Shown in pieces: positions 53,537 to 64,000 of a DNA stretch of 64,000 bases. Origin of the DNA: a virus (taxonomy: Duplodnaviria; Caudoviricetes); IMG/VR virus record IMGVR_UViG_3300038393_000457, positions 19,809 to 83,808 of that record, one strand, 5' to 3'. The notes under the pieces are model-generated. The model was not told the origin of the DNA, made no database searches, and saw only the letters and a list, made by a program, of their open reading frames with translations. A program made the translations under genes and the position numbers. Each line of letters opens with the position of its first letter. The first letter of the stretch is position 1.

Positions 53537-54819
53537 CGTGTCTTCCTCTGTTCTGACTATCTAATATCTAAGATACGTGATAGTTAGAAAGAAGTAAAGG
53601 ATTATTTTGTTTCGTTCTCCTCCGGCTCTAAATGCACAATGGCATCCAAAGTGTAGAAAGACGCGACTTGATTCGTCTGTATCTTGCGATACGTATAAAC
53701 ACCAGTCTTTTCCATCAACGCCGCACCAATAGTGAATCGAAACTTACGTCTCGGTTCCACTTCTCCAAATGTTATGGTGCTTTGTTCAGATGCACGCTTT
53801 TTGATTGCCGCCAATTCTTGTTCGGCGCGACAGGCATTGCGTGCAACTTCTACCAAGGCATCACCTTCCTCGGCGGTGCCCAAGGCGTCTTGAATACGCT
53901 TGATCAAATCATCACTCGACATGTATCTAACCCCTTTTCAGGATCATTGACCACAATACTATATCAATGATCCTTGATTGTCAAGGAGTTTTATCTAACT
54001 GTCGTGAATATGCTCCATGATCTTTTCCAATTCATCACGAACCTTGCGCAACATGGACAATCTTTCACGATGTTCCTTTATCGCATCACTCGCTGCATTA
54101 GAATTGGCAATAGTCTGATAGTCTCGACCATGCACCTCGATTGCTTGGATCGCCGAAATGGCATCATTGACGGCACCCCAGCCGCGTTGATATTGATCAA
54201 GCAACGATTGCTTGGAGGTGCCATTAATATTGATGGCGGGCAATTGCATGACACGACTCCTTAATTGTTATAGAGAATGGTACCATTTGAATGGTAGAAA
54301 TCAAGGATAATATTATTACGTTTTTATATCCTCATAATATTCACCAGTATATTCTTTATATCCAGTTGGTGTCTTTTTACCTTTTGGACATTCTAGAGTT
54401 CCACTTCTATGTTGATTCTTGGCTTTACCACATTTGGCACATTTAGCGAACCACATCAAAGGTTTGTCTTTGATCATTTCCAACCTTTTAGATTGAATAT
54501 TTCTGGATGATCGGTTCAACAATACTGGCTATTGCCTCGCTTGCCGTGTAATCATAGATCACGTCTCTATCATGACCATAGATTAACGCTATGCAGCCGA
54601 CACTATCATGCACCGACTTGTTCATATCATAAGCATGAAGTCTCAGAACGTCAATGGGGCCAACTGCCATTGCCGATAAAATTGTATCGCGCGTTATTGA
54701 TGATATAACGCTGTATTGTGCGCCATCGAATAGCGAAATTTCATAACCATTGCTCAATAAGGCATCAACCAAATTTTTGACGATTGATGCCTCTATTGGA
54801 TTTTCAAGTTCATCCAATT

Positions 54820-55152
54820 TCATGCGATGATCCGACCGTTTCTCCTGGACTCCTCGGTATACTCATGGAGTGTCTTATCCGCCTCAAAAAAGCGGTCGCG
54901 TTCGATACCAAGACCAAAAGGCTGAAAGCGAATAGTCATGAGTTCCTTGAGACTCACATAACCAAGTTCAGGAGTGCCCATACCAAGATCACACAGACCA
55001 AAAAGACGGTCATTGTCTTCCGGGTCCATCTCGGTGATCAGCCAAGTGCAAGCGGCACCACCAAAAAGCTTTAGGACAGGCTTGTGATTGTGAGCCTTTG
55101 CGGCCCCATTTGCCAAAAGTTTCTTCTCAATAGCCTTGGTGAGAATCTTCAT
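54820..55152 (-). CDS. DUF2958-like protein
   Basis: KLF---ACTWLITE...LFGLCDLG-G-PELGYVSL-EL...IERD-FF. Confidence 0.8.
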   Translation of the reverse strand: MKILTKAIEKKLLANGAAKAHNHKPVLKLFGGAACTWLITEMDPEDNDRLFGLCDLGMGTPELGYVSLKELMTIRFQPFGLGIERDRFFEADKTLHEYTEESRRNGRIIA

Positions 55153-55156
55153 GATG

Positions 55157-55363
55157 CTACTCCTTATCATATCCATCGAACCAAGGACCACACCGGCGAG
55201 TCCTTGCAACATTGACAGACTGTGTGCAAGTCTTTGATGAGGTTTCTGGATCACGGCAATGCGCCTGTGCCTCTTGCAGGCTCAATCCCGTCTTGATTGT
55301 GCGATGACCGCCCTTAAAGAACGTTCGCACAATCTTATATGTCGGCTTATCTTCCCAAGACAT
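55157..55363 (-). CDS. Conserved phage hypothetical protein
   Basis: YKIVR-F....IKTGL-L-EAQAHC-DPETSS...WFDGY. Confidence 0.7.
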   Translation of the reverse strand: MSWEDKPTYKIVRTFFKGGHRTIKTGLSLQEAQAHCRDPETSSKTCTQSVNVARTRRCGPWFDGYDKE

Positions 55364-55623
55364 AATTAAAACCTCGATCTTTTATGACTTGATCACTATA
55401 TCAACAATCAAGGATCGTTGCAAGGTATATTTTACCAATTATTTGAACGGGAGGACTAATCCGAACACCTGGGCTCCAAGTACCCATGTCCAAATTGACA
55501 TGATAAGAAAGAACATCCGTGATAATTGGTTCTTCCAACCAACCTTATTCCAACAATGTAATGCGAATGGGAAAGCGAACATAAGACACGCCATGTAGAT
55601 ATATGATACCATTTTATATTCCC

Positions 55624-55962
55624 CTACAGATTAGCCATGAATTCATCGTCGCCAAATACAATCACGACATTACCAACCAGAACATCACTTGTAACGAGTG
55701 GCGCAAGATCGAAATGCCATGCCTTTGTGGCGGCATCATTGTATGGAAGATTCAACAATTTGCCTTCTTCGTTGCAGAATGCGACACAACTGAACGAGTC
55801 ACCGTCAAGACCGATAGACTCGAAATGTGGGACCAATTCAATGTATCCACCAACTATCTTGTGCAAGGTCGATGCCGTTGGCGGTTTGGTCAAGTCAATT
55901 CGTTTTGGATCAGTCACACCAGGCTTGAAAATCAACATGGAACCTTTCATCATGCTCTCCAC
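55624..55962 (-). CDS. DUF3846-like protein
   Basis: L-KIVGGYIE...NEEGKL--LP-N--AT...L-GNVVI. Confidence 0.75.
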   Translation of the reverse strand: MESMMKGSMLIFKPGVTDPKRIDLTKPPTASTLHKIVGGYIELVPHFESIGLDGDSFSCVAFCNEEGKLLNLPYNDAATKAWHFDLAPLVTSDVLVGNVVIVFGDDEFMANL

Positions 55963-56486
55963 ATTTCAAGTACGCTGCAAACTGTCAAATCCAAAACAAC
56001 TAAAACTAATCTGTATGCAATGTATCCAGGAACAAGATACATGCCAATTTGGAGATATGCGTCAATCATTTCCTTATTCATTTTGTGAATTTCACCAAAA
56101 TCATCAAAGCGACAGTTGAGAACAGAGTCCAACTAAGACAGAAAAGAGGAATGCTCACATATGAGCCTAAAATTTGTATCGTCATGTTTAATATCATAGA
56201 TCAAACATCATGACATTGCAAGGATTATTTTACCGTGAAACGAACACCCATTCAAATTTGGAATTCGGTAAGCGACCATAATTCCAATCAGTACATTCAT
56301 CATGAATAATTGTGTTGTGTTTTTCACGCATGAAATGCTTAAATGCCATTTGGATATCCATATCGGCGTCGTTGTGAAAATCTCCAATCGAATAGTATTT
56401 GGCATGAGACTCGGATATAATGAGCCAACGATCAGGTAATGTTTTGGTTGCGGGGAGGTTACGCACTATAACACACATCGACATTA

Positions 56487-56834
56487 TCAGTTCTCCTTTG
56501 GCATCGATACGTGAATACGCTTATCGATGGTGCCGTCCCACTTGACAGACAAACCTTCTGCCCGCAGGGCGGCACAAATCAACTTACCTTGCTTGACAGA
56601 ACTACCAAAAGTCAGGTAGGTTTCACCAGTTTCAAGCAAACTGGTATTGTCCTGGTTATGGTAAAAAACATAATTAACTTTCTCACCATGCTTCTTACTA
56701 ATAGCATAGGTGGCGCAACCTTGACAACACCAGAAATTTTGGCGCGCAAACATTCCAGTAGAACGGAGAGTCTTGAATGCCTTGGTAAGCCTTTCTTTGA
56801 CTCGCCCACTATCAGCGTGAGTAGCATAGCGCAT
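56487..56834 (-). CDS. DUF6891-like protein
   Basis: AF--L---G--ARQNFWCCQGC...YVFYH-QD...L--EGL-V-WDG----RI. Confidence 0.7.
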   Translation of the reverse strand: MRYATHADSGRVKERLTKAFKTLRSTGMFARQNFWCCQGCATYAISKKHGEKVNYVFYHNQDNTSLLETGETYLTFGSSVKQGKLICAALRAEGLSVKWDGTIDKRIHVSMPKEN

Positions 56835-57818
56835 TCTATTATCTATCCTTTCGAAATCTACAATCTTAGATTATAGATTTTCAGAGACCAAGTCAAGGTC
56901 TACTTTACCAAATTGAGTTGTGTTCGTCTTCGTGCAAATATGAAGACTGAATTTCACATTTGTAAAGATCATTTGCACGGAACTGTCTTTTGTTGGTGTC
57001 GTGACACCCATCCAAATGTGTATAGTGTTCATCGAATACACACATGGTCATACTGGTGGCGAGAAGAAACATTGGAGTGACGAGTATAAACAGAGCGTAC
57101 CTCATGTGGTTTCTCCAGTTTAAATTCGTTCTGAGTCCAAATTAAGCTTACTTTCGACTGATTGGTGTGCCAATACAATCAACTGGTCACAGATGATTGC
57201 AGTCGTGATATATGTTGCTTTGAGGTTTTGTGCTGACAACATCGACTCAACGCGAGGACGCACTATCGACGCACAAGGAGCGTCCCGTAACTCGCCTATC
57301 AAGGTCACAGCATGACCCAGAGCCTCTGAGCGATGCAGTACAGGAACCGTCAAACGGTCGCGGCGGCACGCTTTATAACTCAAAAGAAAGTTTTCTAATA
57401 TCATGTAAGAACTATACATGATACCATAAAAGTTATCAACAAGTATTTTTGATTTATGATCTATTCAAACGAGGTAGGAGGAAAAAGGAGGCGACCCAAT
57501 ACGAATCAGCTTTCTCGGCGGGAATACCGGTGGGGAAAAGCTGATCCGGCGCCCCCTCGGCATATGAGTCGCCTCTTCAAGTTATACACAGAATAACAAA
57601 CATACCGAAACATGTCAACAAACATGATTTAAATGTACGTTTGTGACCCGTTATTCCTTTTTCCAATCTTTCTTCTTGCGATTATACAACGTCTTGAGCC
57701 GAACCACCTTGGGTTTGCTCACGGCGTTCATGTTCTTTGCAACAGGATTGGTCTTACCTTTCATAGTGTCTGCACTCTAGATGAATGCAGACCATAAGTC
57801 AAGGATTATCTTTACTTG

Positions 57819-58196
57819 TTAGCGTTGAACCAATTCACCTTCGTAACGGTCGAACAACTTGATTGGCTGTCCAACATATGGGATATCTTGCTTGCACTTC
57901 AGGGTTTCTTCCAGTTCCTTGCGGACAGAAAGATCGAACCCCGAATGAGAAGTCCAGCAGAACGCGCCGCCGAACATCACCCATTTGTCTCGCAACTCAA
58001 GAGGAATGAGTCGGACAGAATTGCCCGGGCCGACTGCCAGCTTGACAATCGGCAAATCTACGGTAGCCGCGTGAATCTTGGGAATGTGATCCCCAATCAG
58101 AAGCACCTTCTTGTATCGATTGGATATACCGTTATTGGAACAATCTTCAAAACTCCATCGATAGATATCGAGGATCATTCCCTTAATTTCTACCAT
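57819..58196 (-). CDS. Conserved phage hypothetical protein
   Basis: DCSN-GIS...MFGG-F--TS-S-F...PI-L-DR-E. Confidence 0.7.
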   Translation of the reverse strand: MVEIKGMILDIYRWSFEDCSNNGISNRYKKVLLIGDHIPKIHAATVDLPIVKLAVGPGNSVRLIPLELRDKWVMFGGAFCWTSHSGFDLSVRKELEETLKCKQDIPYVGQPIKLFDRYEGELVQR

Positions 58197-59187
58197 CTAT
58201 CACTCCTGTAACATCTGACCAACACTATGACAGAACGCAAATGCCCTGTCAAGGATATTGTATGTTAGATTATTACTTTTCGGTGATACGTCGATGAGCC
58301 TTGGCAACATCGAGGCCGGCACCATATATTTGGCGCACCTTTTTGGTATGAAACACGCGCCATTCGCCAGTCCGAAACTTTGGACACTCGACTTGAAGTG
58401 CTTTCATCACTTCGTCTGCATTCTTGATACGCGCTCCAGAAGCACCATCCTTCAATCCAAGATTGAAGACAATGCCTGCATGGGTTGAGATATCACACGC
58501 GATATCTTCCAAAGCTTTCTCAATGACTGTTGACATGACAAAACTCCTCCATTATACCAACTTAATTTCAACCCAAAAATGGCTTGAATCTTTCACCTGA
58601 GCCTTTGGATTAAAATCTCTCGTCTTTTTATGTCCGAAAGCGACCAATTGAAATTCTATTTCATACTTTTTCAGTCGTGTTGTGATATGATCCCGAAATT
58701 TCGATGCTGTCATGTTGCGCGTCAGACCATTATAGCCAAAATCTTGAAGACGAAAGACGTAGTTGCCCCTTCTGCTCCCCTTTCGATTTGCTGCAATCGT
58801 ATCAAAACCTGAGATGCGGCCGCGACAAAACGCAACGAAATCTTGCATTTCTTCTAAGCTCCCTTAATTGGATGTCAAAATTGCACGATCTAATATGATC
58901 TTATCTAGATCATATATCAATTACTTTTTTTCCAATTTTAGTTATCATTTGCAATTGGTTTACGCATCACAACAATGCAGGTGATATCATAGATCGCCTG
59001 TCGTCTGCCCATATAATAGGCGACATATCCAGGTTCACCAATTTTATAAGGGCATGGTTCGGGTCGATCGGTTATAGAATTATAACCTTTGTTGTATGCC
59101 CCAATTTCAAAGGAATTTATCGGCATCATTGGCATTGTTTTACACCTTCATGTATAATCAATAATCTAATATCTCAGATGGTAAATG

Positions 59188-59511
59188 TCAATCTAATTTT
59201 TTGAAGGTGAAGCCTCGAAAGGGCTTTCCGCGCTTGATGTGCATAAAGACCACACTAGCTCTAGGCAAATTGGATTTCCTACAAAAATCAACCAAATTAT
59301 TGACAATTGTTACCTGCCCATTTGGGGCAGTTATCATCCATGTTTTGGAGCGCAATTTGCGTGCGGTTTCTTTTTGTTTATTGGATTGCTTGAAACCTTT
59401 TTTGGCGGCAATCATGTTGGCGATATGTTCCGCTGACTGTTTTCGTCCAGTCAATGTTGCGGATATTTTGTCGCAGGTTTCTCTTGTATGGCCTTGGCCT
59501 TTTTTCCACAA
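59188..59511 (-). CDS. NUMOD3-repeat DNA-binding fragment without nuclease domain
   Basis: HTRETCDKISATLTGRKQSAEH...KGFKQS; NL--FCR; no GIY-YIG or HNH motif. Confidence 0.6.
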   Translation of the reverse strand: MWKKGQGHTRETCDKISATLTGRKQSAEHIANMIAAKKGFKQSNKQKETARKLRSKTWMITAPNGQVTIVNNLVDFCRKSNLPRASVVFMHIKRGKPFRGFTFKKLD

Positions 59512-59570
59512 AAAATTGGTTTCCTTATAAAATAAAAGGGCCGATGCATATTGCAGAGCGGCCCTTTTAC

Positions 59571-59801
59571 TTAGTTGCCAGGAGTTGCCTTGGACGGATC
59601 ACCGCAACTGTAACCAGGGTTGACAGTTGCGGTGCCTGCCGGCACCGCCTTGCCGAGGATGGTGCCCTCGGCCTGATGACCAGGGACCTGGACGGTGCAT
59701 GAAGCAACGCTAGGGTCCTGAAGGTTGCTGGCCGGCGACATGTTGGAACAGGCGCTGGCGAGCATCGCGACCGCGAAAGCGGCCATAAGAGACTTAATCA
59801 T
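59571..59801 (-). CDS. Small lipoprotein
   Basis: Signal peptide with lipobox LASAC; GGAG RBS. Confidence 0.7.
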   Translation of the reverse strand: MIKSLMAAFAVAMLASACSNMSPASNLQDPSVASCTVQVPGHQAEGTILGKAVPAGTATVNPGYSCGDPSKATPGN

Positions 59802-61261
59802 AACAAACTCTCCTTACGCAATATGCGTTTTCAATAGGTTATTTTCCACTTTACACGACTTTGAGCCCGAATTGTGCGCTCATTGTATTTCTTAATCTAA
59901 CACAACTTTCGGGAAGATTCAACCCCTATTTGCAGGTATTCCACCATTTATTCGTTAGCGTGTATCTGCATTATAAGTGTTGAAATATTGTTGCTCAATA
60001 TACTTCTTCCAATTGACCGACAAGTTTGTTGTCGATCCAAGCTTTTGCCTGCTTGTCTGCCTCCAGATGATTGGAGGCATCCCCAAGATCAAATTCTGCC
60101 AATCCTACAGGAGGATAGGCATCGAACGTATAACGTTCTCCAACTTTGCTCACCTGGTAAGCATAGTCGCGATATGACTTCATGGCTTGACTTTCTTTTC
60201 CTTTCGTTCTGTCAACTGCTTACTTAGTTTAAGACACAATCCGGCTATCTCAATACCATTGTCAGCAAGCATCCGCATTTGTTCGTTGACAGATTTGGAG
60301 TCAACGATCTTTTGTGCCTGCTCTAAAAGCTTTGCGTCGGTCATTTAATTTCCTATCATCACTTCATATTATGCTTTATCCTTGAACGTGTCAATTGATT
60401 TTTCCGTATTTCATATCCAATTCATCATCATAAGGATCCAAGATCGCCACATACAACCCTTGTATATTTCCCCAATCTTCACCCTTTCCAGATTCAACTT
60501 TTGAAGGGGTTACATATAGACGGTCTCCAACTTTGAATTCAGAATTAATTCTGGTGGACCAAGATATTATCCATAATTTTTCATCTGCAAGTCTTGCGAC
60601 CACTTTATTGTTGTTACGTATAAGGTATATCTGACCAATAAGTGGTTTATTAGGTTTAAACATTAGGTGGCTCCTAGGTGGTCCTGCCATTATAGGGTAC
60701 CACTGGCAGGAATTCAAGAGGGTTGACTTATGGTTATTCTTCTGTAAGGTGCTCTCAATATCACCTTGATGTTGTAGTGAAAACATGAGCCTCTGTGACG
60801 GACGTTTCATGTTCATGCTAGTAATTGCTATGGTGATACTGTCCCAAAAGGTGGTGGCCTAGGGGTCACGTAAAGGCACTAACTTGTAAAGGTCGAGAAG
60901 TGTGATAGAATTATTTCGGATGATTGAATTCGCGGTTGGCCTCGGTAGTGAGATACTTTAGACCAATACCAATTCACACTTACACGTTACTATTGGCTTC
61001 ATACAAGCCGAATTGCCAGCGGATGGTGAAATAAAGGGTCCAATTAGACTCATATGTCCTTTCGAAATTTATTGGAGATAGTCATGAAGACGTTTGGTAA
61101 AGTTTTTCTAGTAATTTGTTGTGCATTGTTTATGTTTGGGATTATGTATGCATCGGGTCAGGTGCACGATCCTGTATTGTCAACATTGTTTGGTTCCATG
61201 GCTTTTTGTATGACAATGGGTGTACTTAATTTAACAGCCCAACAAGAAGATTTGGATTAAA

Positions 61262-61573
61262 ATGCCATCCTGGGCCGACAATTATATCGCAAATCTACGT
61301 CTTGGACAGACTACAAAATTTCGTCCACGTGGTAACTCTATGGTGGGGTTGATTAATTCGGGCGATCTTGTTACCATTGAGCCCATCGGTGATCGAATTC
61401 TTGAAAAGAATGATATTGTCTTATGCAAAGACAAGGGCAATATCTATCTACATAAGATCACAGCCTGCGATTATGTGAATGAACTATACCAGATTGGAAA
61501 CAATCGTGGTATAATCAATGGCTGGACTTCCAAAGATAAGATATATGGTATCTGTATGAAAGTGGAGACTTAG
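61262..61573 (+). CDS. Stand-alone peptidase S24/S26-like domain protein
   Basis: P-GNSM---I-SGD-V-I...DIVLCK...YLHKI...GNN. Confidence 0.7.
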   Translation: MPSWADNYIANLRLGQTTKFRPRGNSMVGLINSGDLVTIEPIGDRILEKNDIVLCKDKGNIYLHKITACDYVNELYQIGNNRGIINGWTSKDKIYGICMKVET

Positions 61574-61574
61574 A

Positions 61575-61937
61575 GTGGTAATCAAAGGCCCAAATAACCA
61601 ATTGTTTAACCTGAATAATATCGTCCGTATTCAGGATTTAGAAAATTGTTTCAAAATTGGTTACTATTATCTCAAGGAAGACCGTATCACCAAGCATTGG
61701 TTTGGACTCGTGTCGCGTGTGGAAAAGGCTGGTTATTATTGTAGAGATTTTATGTATGAGACAGCCATACCTGCTACACGGGAAGAAGCTCTCTATAACG
61801 ATAGGACGATTGATATTTGGTGGCCAAATAGAGATTGGCCATATGAATTGGAATTTTCCTCTAAAGAAGAAAAATTGGCGTTTATAGAAGCGTTTAAACA
61901 ATGCAAGGAAGGATGTCGTTATGAAAAACAAGCATGA
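61575..61937 (+). CDS. Hypothetical protein
   Basis: 120-aa ORF in operon. Confidence 0.55.
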   Translation: MVIKGPNNQLFNLNNIVRIQDLENCFKIGYYYLKEDRITKHWFGLVSRVEKAGYYCRDFMYETAIPATREEALYNDRTIDIWWPNRDWPYELEFSSKEEKLAFIEAFKQCKEGCRYEKQA

Positions 61938-62140
61938 ATGGTCCGAGCAGACTGTCGTTTATGGAGCAGATTCGGACGTTAAAACTCCGCGTAAGAGTCC
62001 ATATATCCTAATCGGTTTGCTTATTGCAATTCTGATGAGTGGTGGTTATCTTTATTATAATGCACCATCACACAATGTATCGATCGACCCGAAACCTATC
62101 TATACTAATTCCGAAATGTTGCGATAGAGAGAAAACAATA

Positions 62141-63124
62141 ATGGATCATTTGCAAAATAACAATAAGATTCCGGAATCAATCCTTTGTGATTTTAATGAT
62201 TGGATTTCGATCAATAGTATCAAACAGGCATATGCTAATAAAACCAATCATGTCGTGTTTGAAAAGAGGTGGGCTTTTGATGGTGATTTAGTAGAATTTT
62301 GTCAAAATTTTGGTTACCACCATCTGTTTCGTAGCACTCATAGTGTCTATTTGCTTTTTGATGGTGGATTCGCTCGGATCAGTCGCCAAACCAAAATTAT
62401 TGTTGTTACATTTTATGGGGAAATTAGCATCATTAATGAACTGATTACCAAATTCAATGATGTGCTTTCTGCAAACCCCGTTAATGTAGAATGGTATTTT
62501 AAATCTACTGGCGGTGTTTCCAGCACCACCATGCCTTTGCGCTATCGGCCGGCACACGACTCGCACTATCCTTGGCTCAAAGTACCAATGAAGGTTTATT
62601 TCCAGAATTTCCTGAAATCAAGTGCGAATATCCTTATCTTGATTGGTCCACCTGGCACTGGAAAGACGGCATTCATCGAAAATTTGATCCATTTTTCTGG
62701 AAAGAATGCCTGTGTCACTTATGATGAACAAGTCATGAATGACGATAATTTGTTCCAGCAGTTTCTGGAGAGTGATGCCAATACTATGATTTTCGAGGAC
62801 TCTGACAACCATATCAGACCTCGTCAAGATGGTAATTCCATGATGCATAAATTCCTTAACGTATCAGATGGAATTATTTCTTCTAGTGACAAGAAACTAA
62901 TCTTCTCCACAAATCTTCCTTCCTCGAATAACATCGATGAAGCTCTGTTGCGTCCTGGTCGTTGCTTTGATATCATGAATTTCAGAGCATTGAACAGAGT
63001 TGAAGCGGAGAAGGTATGCAAGGATATTGGAAGAGTCCTGCCTGACGGGAATGAATTCTTTCTCACCAATCTGTTCAATGGAGCAATGCCTTCAGAACAG
63101 GTTATAACCAAGATGGGGTTCTGA
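62141..63124 (+). CDS. AAA+ ATPase
   Basis: Walker A GPPGTGKT, Walker B MIFEDSD, FSTNL, IDEALLRPGRCFD. Confidence 0.9.
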   Translation: MDHLQNNNKIPESILCDFNDWISINSIKQAYANKTNHVVFEKRWAFDGDLVEFCQNFGYHHLFRSTHSVYLLFDGGFARISRQTKIIVVTFYGEISIINELITKFNDVLSANPVNVEWYFKSTGGVSSTTMPLRYRPAHDSHYPWLKVPMKVYFQNFLKSSANILILIGPPGTGKTAFIENLIHFSGKNACVTYDEQVMNDDNLFQQFLESDANTMIFEDSDNHIRPRQDGNSMMHKFLNVSDGIISSSDKKLIFSTNLPSSNNIDEALLRPGRCFDIMNFRALNRVEAEKVCKDIGRVLPDGNEFFLTNLFNGAMPSEQVITKMGF

Positions 63125-63550
63125 TATGTCTTATTTTATTTTTATGGTGATCTATTGGACAATTGCGATTGGAAATTTGGTTTTTTCTTTCCTCAATGCA
63201 GAGTTGGCATATAGGAATTGGAACATAAAAGATAAACGAATGAGCCATGGACTAGTTGCTCTAGGTAATTTCATAGCTGGGACGGGTATGATACTACTAA
63301 TGTTATTCATTTAAAATAAGGAATAATAATATGCCAACCAAGAAACAAATTCAATCCTGGAAGGAAAAAGGTTTCTCCTTTCGAGAGAAAGATAGAAACA
63401 ATAAGCGTTCGAACAATGAAGAATTGTCTTATGCCCTTGGAGGATTCGTTCTTACACGAGACAATCGTTTGAATGAAACTGGTCTCTATCAGATTCGCCA
63501 TTATGAAGATGGTATGCATATCAGGTCTTGGAGAAAGAATAGTTAAAAAA

Positions 63551-63973
63551 ATGTCGATTGACACCCCTGTCCAATCTCTTGCTTCCGCAATTGGAGCGGC
63601 CATCCATCGTGACTTGACTAAAATTGTTTCCGCCAGCGGTAAAGCAATTGAGATATATCCAAATGATGTTGAAATCATCATGTTCCCGCAAGGGTGGGGC
63701 TCGACTGCATTGGGGTATGGTGGAGTTGGAGGTCAGTCAATGACCACTTCATATACGGTCATCGTGCAATATTACAGCCAATATTGCGTGTATTTTGGTG
63801 GATCAAGATTAGCCTATAAGATCGACTATAATAAATTGAGCAAGGATGGTCAACAGAATTTCTGGAATGATATTCGTAATCATGATATGGCGTCTTGTCG
63901 AGAGAACCTGAACCGCTATTATCGTAAAGAAGAGAAAAAGAAGGACCCCGACACATGCGCCGTGCTGCCCTGA
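63551..63973 (+). CDS. Conserved phage hypothetical protein
   Basis: MFPQ-WGSTALG-GG-GGQ-MT--YTV...VYFGG-RLAY. Confidence 0.65.
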   Translation: MSIDTPVQSLASAIGAAIHRDLTKIVSASGKAIEIYPNDVEIIMFPQGWGSTALGYGGVGGQSMTTSYTVIVQYYSQYCVYFGGSRLAYKIDYNKLSKDGQQNFWNDIRNHDMASCRENLNRYYRKEEKKKDPDTCAVLP

Positions 63974-64000
63974 TTCTTATTCTCTGTATGATATCTTTGA

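Larger units (their letters stand above)
38397..60816 (-). other. Early / host-takeover-like region: dense array of short minus-strand genes, many with individual sigma70-like promoters
   Basis: Nearly all credible ORFs are minus strand with GGAG/GAGG RBS; recurrent TTGAC-N17-TA(G/T)A(C/G)T intergenic motifs; no core replication or structural genes. Confidence 0.75.

Noticed and set aside
60830-61050. Possible structured RNA in the divergent gap
   Set aside because: Only short, scattered stems; could equally be promoter region or the 5' part of the adjacent ORF
1-64000. CRISPR array
   Set aside because: No run of equal-length direct repeats with unique spacers was seen; the repeats found are dispersed promoter or operator motifs and non-identical hairpins
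1-64000. Prophage or bacterial chromosome origin of the window
   Set aside because: No integrase, repressor or bacterial housekeeping operon; gene density, T4-like core genes and the tRNA array indicate a large lytic phage

Overview
The window is a 64-kb segment of a large T4-superfamily (myovirus-like) phage, probably infecting an alphaproteobacterium. This is inferred from the gp61-type primase, class II RNR, ThyX, an alphaproteobacterial-looking GroES, T4-late-like TA(C/T)AA(A/G)TA motifs and sigma70-like early promoters. It has four parts. (i) 1-11 kb (+): end of a lysis cassette, primase, NrdJ, Acb1-like anti-CBASS phosphoesterase, RuvC-like resolvase, and an NAD salvage pair (NadM-Nudix + NAMPT) whose two genes carry the same two-hairpin leader. 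A SLOG protein, a 75-aa GGQ release-factor-like protein and a NADAR follow. (ii) 11-27 kb plus 34.4-34.6 kb (+): an RNA-rich district with about 22 recognisable tRNAs and many non-canonical tRNA-like RNAs. These include 8/4 allo-tRNA-like Ser species, a D-arm-displaced Arg, 50-55 nt CCA-ended mini-RNAs, and tRNAs nested inside other tRNA-like or larger RNAs. The district also holds several 100-450 nt structured ncRNA candidates and four free-standing homing endonucleases. (iii) 29-38 kb (+): a nucleotide-sugar dehydratase/epimerase/C-methyltransferase/glycosyltransferase cluster and conserved T4-like hypotheticals. (iv) 38.4-60.8 kb (-): an early or host-takeover-like array of small genes, many with their own TTGAC-N17-TAGACT-type promoter. 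It includes four translationally coupled membrane microproteins, four opposite-strand sRNA-like cassettes and five copies of a CCAAnn-N10-AATTGG palindrome. All family calls are from motif recognition by eye, and all RNA structures were paired by hand. No database search or folding program was run.
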